Shown here: positions 61,614-64,000 of the stretch, piece after piece
Position numbering within the stretch: position 1 is the stretch's first letter
Layout of the letters: each line of letters opens with the position of its first letter
Assembly: GCA_947426455.1 (NCBI GenBank)
Contig: CANEEC010000002.1
Coordinates: 15,430-79,429, forward strand
Direction of reading: 5' to 3'
Source: an uncultured Clostridia bacterium
Lineage (GTDB): Bacteria; Bacillota; Clostridia; Peptostreptococcales; Anaerovoracaceae
DNA length: 64,000 nt
The notes under the pieces: generated by a model
Databases searched by the model: none
Seen by the model: the letters and a program-made list of their open reading frames with translations, nothing else
What the model was told of the DNA's origin: nothing
Translations under genes and position numbers: made by a program

Positions 61614-62074
61614 TACGCCTTTCCTTCTATGATTTCTCTTACTTTAGCGGCGGCGTTTTTCGTCGCCCCGTGATTCTCACCGGTTCCCGCGATGCCGGCG
61701 GTCACTTCCTCGCCCGCCGCAACGGCCGGGAAGAAAAAGTTACATTCTTCTCTGTTATCGCAGACGCTGACAAAGAGTCCCCGCTCCTTTGCGTCCTGAC
61801 CGATTCTATGGTTTACGGCTCTGTCGCCGGTACAGGCCAACACCATGAAACACCCCGCCAGCTGCTCCGAGCTGTAGGGCGTTTCCCGCAGGGTAATCCG
61901 CCCCTCCCCGGCCAGCCGCTTCACTTCCTCACCGGCGGCAAGGCAGACCACCGTCACCTGAAAATCGAATTTCATCAGCGTTTGGATTCTTCTGAGCCCG
62001 ATCGTTCCGGCGCCCACCACCAGCACGTTTCTGCCGGATGAAGGTACGAAAAGGGGAAAATATCTATTCTTCAT
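61610..62074 (-). CDS. sirC: precorrin-2 dehydrogenase / sirohydrochlorin ferrochelatase-type (SirC / CysG N-terminal-like)
   Basis: 154 aa, with the Rossmann motif VLVVGAGTIGLRR. Confidence 0.8.
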   Translation of the reverse strand: MKNRYFPLFVPSSGRNVLVVGAGTIGLRRIQTLMKFDFQVTVVCLAAGEEVKRLAGEGRITLRETPYSSEQLAGCFMVLACTGDRAVNHRIGQDAKERGLFVSVCDNREECNFFFPAVAAGEEVTAGIAGTGENHGATKNAAAKVREIIEGKAY

Positions 62075-62849
62075 AAAAAGCCTCTGCTTCCTTTATGGCC
62101 TGCTGCAAGGAAATCCCTGTTTCCTCCGCAGGTCTTTCGATGACAATGACCTTGCAGTCCTCTGCAAGAACCGCCATTTTATCGTCGAATCCACCGGGTT
62201 TTCCGGTATTTTTGGTCACCAGCCAGCGGCATCCGTACTGCCTCATGGTGGCCAGATTCATTTCCCCGGAAAAGGGTCCCTGCATGGCGATGATATTCTT
62301 TTGTGAAATGCCCGCCGATAGACAGGACTGAATGGACTCCGAGCTGGGCAGAACCCTGGCCACAACGCGGTTTTCCATGTCCTCGATGCCCCTGTAACGA
62401 GACAGTTCCTTCGCTCCGGTGGTGAGAAGAACCTTTTCCCTGTGGGTATTGAGAATGTCCACAGCGTCTTCTATGGAGGAGACGGAAATCATCCCGGAAG
62501 CCTCCCGGAGGCTTTCCTGCCGCAGCAGGCGAAGATACGCACAGGACGTCCTGCGACAGGCCGTTTGGATATTCTCGGTGACTTCCCTTGCGTAAGGATG
62601 GGTGGCGTCGATGACCATACCGTAATCGCCGTTGTCCAGCATCCGGGTCATTTCCTCCGCGTCCATCCTTCCCTCCATGACGGAAAGTCCCGCAAGATTG
62701 GAAAGCGCTCCCGCTCCATAAGCCGTTGCCACGCAGAAATCAGCTCGCTTCTGCCATCCTCTGCGGCAAAATTCCTCGGCCAGAGCGCGGCCTTCAAAGG
62801 TTCCCGCAAAGACTAGTATTTTCTTTTTTTTACACGCCTTGATATCCAC
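62064..62849 (-). CDS. cbiJ: cobalt-precorrin-6A reductase
   Basis: 261 aa, with ILVFAGTFEGR... and DATHPYA. Confidence 0.88.
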   Translation of the reverse strand: MDIKACKKKKILVFAGTFEGRALAEEFCRRGWQKRADFCVATAYGAGALSNLAGLSVMEGRMDAEEMTRMLDNGDYGMVIDATHPYAREVTENIQTACRRTSCAYLRLLRQESLREASGMISVSSIEDAVDILNTHREKVLLTTGAKELSRYRGIEDMENRVVARVLPSSESIQSCLSAGISQKNIIAMQGPFSGEMNLATMRQYGCRWLVTKNTGKPGGFDDKMAVLAEDCKVIVIERPAEETGISLQQAIKEAEAFYEE

Positions 62850-63561
62850 GAGGTGTTACCAGCTTTCCGTTGATGACTTTGGTGGCGCTGTTTCCTACAA
62901 ATACCGTAGTAAACATATCGATATCGTCGTTGTCCTTCAAGTCCGCCATAGTGCAAACCACAGCCTTTTCTCCCTCCCGCCCGATGTTCTTCACATAGCC
63001 GCAGGGGGTGTCCCAGCTCTTGGCGCAGCTCATAATTTCCGCGGCCCGATCGATGTAGTCGCGGCGCTTTTTGCTCTTGGGATTGTATATGCACACGGCA
63101 AAATCGGCTTCCGCCGCCGCTCGGAGCCGCTTTTCGATTTTCTCCCAGGGCGTCAGAAGATCCGACAGCGAAATCACCGCAAAGTCATGAATCAGCGGCG
63201 CTCCCAAAACCGCCGCGCCGCTGCAGGCAGCCGTAATGCCCGGCACCGTGATGATTTCCACCTCCGGATGGTCCGCCGCTACCTCCGACATCACTCCGGC
63301 CATGCCGTAGACGCCGGCGTCACCGCTGCATACAAACGCTACGGTTTTTCCTTCCAATGCCGATTCCAAAGCCATCCGGCAGCGATCCACCTCCTGTTTC
63401 ATGGCGGTAGATTTCACTTCTTTATCTTTGACCAGTTCCTTGACCAGCTCCACATACAGCGTATACCCCACCACCACATCGCTTTCTTCGATGGCGGCGA
63501 CAGCCTGAGGGGTCATGTATTCCCTGTTTCCGGGGCCGATGCCCACGACGTATATTTTCAT
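62830..63561 (-). CDS. cbiH: cobalt-precorrin-3B (C17)-methyltransferase
   Basis: MKIYVVGIGPG..., and VCSGDAGVYGMAG match the family. Confidence 0.9.
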   Translation of the reverse strand: MKIYVVGIGPGNREYMTPQAVAAIEESDVVVGYTLYVELVKELVKDKEVKSTAMKQEVDRCRMALESALEGKTVAFVCSGDAGVYGMAGVMSEVAADHPEVEIITVPGITAACSGAAVLGAPLIHDFAVISLSDLLTPWEKIEKRLRAAAEADFAVCIYNPKSKKRRDYIDRAAEIMSCAKSWDTPCGYVKNIGREGEKAVVCTMADLKDNDDIDMFTTVFVGNSATKVINGKLVTPRGYQGV

Positions 63562-64000
63562 TCAGCCAACCTCTTTTCCAAGGCGCTCCCGAAAGCTGTG
63601 CCACTTGTGGAAGTCGTCCATATACTTTTCTATGATCTTCTCGATTTCCCGCATCTGCTCTTCCTGACGGGCGTCCCTGATATCCCTTCCCAGCGTGTCG
63701 ATATCGTAATATCTCACATCGGGCAGCTTTTCTACCATGGGGTCGATATCCCTGGGCACTGCCAGATCGATAAACACCTCCGGAATACGCTTCATTTTCT
63801 GTATTTCTTCCAAAGTTACCGTATAGTGGGGACTCAGCGTGGCGCTGATCACCGCATCTGCTTCTTCCATTTTCGAATACCTGTCGGCATAGTTGACGGT
63901 TTTCGCACCCTTGGGAACGATATTTTCACCGTACTTGTACTGACGCAGGGTCATGGTCGCTTCCAAACCCTCCTTGACGAGAAGCTCCGCCACCAGCCGT
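63562..64000 (-). CDS. hemA: glutamyl-tRNA reductase, C-terminal part (the 5' end lies beyond the window)
   Basis: ...FIDLAVPRDIDP... and a C-terminal dimerisation helix are present. The frame is open at base 64000. Confidence 0.85.
   Translation of the reverse strand, partial: RLVAELLVKEGLEATMTLRQYKYGENIVPKGAKTVNYADRYSKMEEADAVISATLSPHYTVTLEEIQKMKRIPEVFIDLAVPRDIDPMVEKLPDVRYYDIDTLGRDIRDARQEEQMREIEKIIEKYMDDFHKWHSFRERLGKEVG

Overview
This 64-kb window looks like core chromosome from a moderately GC-rich Firmicute. It resembles an anaerobic, spore-forming Clostridia lineage, judging by the cbi-type cobalamin pathway, a cwlD-like amidase and the gene order. About 90% of genes are on the minus strand.

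Gene content, left to right:
- histidine phosphatase (truncated by the window edge), MarR regulator and FtsH
- M20 amidohydrolase
- a small AT-rich insert carrying an AAA/DUF4143 ATPase, next to tRNA-Thr(CGU)
- a TPP-riboswitch-controlled DUF77-thiXYZ pyrimidine-salvage transporter operon
- AlkD-like protein and a leaderless Cu/Zn-SOD-like protein
- the complete F1Fo ATP synthase operon (atpZ-I-B-E-F-H-A-G-D-C), whose c subunit carries a Na+-type ion-site signature
- glyoxalase and M20 peptidase, then upp and a uracil permease
- an ECF sigma/anti-sigma pair, a VOC protein and a C26 amidotransferase
- rplM-rpsI and a PsiE-like protein
- a MacB-type ABC transporter with a 671-aa multi-CARDB-like surface protein
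- tyrS-rpiB-tsaC(sua5)-prfA-rpmE and malic enzyme
- an AT-rich 3-kb islet: small serine recombinase, a candidate invertible promoter, and a TM2 / SPFH-SHOCT / Ltp operon
- a LOR/SDH-like protein, prmC, DUF1385, rho and two LCP paralogs
- a DnaA-box cluster, a cwlD-like amidase and AlaX-L
- a long hem/cbi (anaerobic cobalamin) operon that runs off the right edge

The most interesting observation is a putative serine-recombinase 'inverton'. It consists of two 6-2-6 palindromic sites that differ only in the polarity of the central dinucleotide. It appears to control an uncharacterised membrane operon and looks to be in the OFF orientation.

Other points worth a second look:
- a tRNA-Thr 3'-end duplication flanking the ATPase insert
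- a DnaA-box cluster with no dnaA gene nearby
- an orphan promoter, structured RNA and terminator unit upstream of the M20 peptidase
- an rplM reading frame that lacks its usual stop codon

All coordinates and motifs were read by eye from the sequence. No database searches were run.
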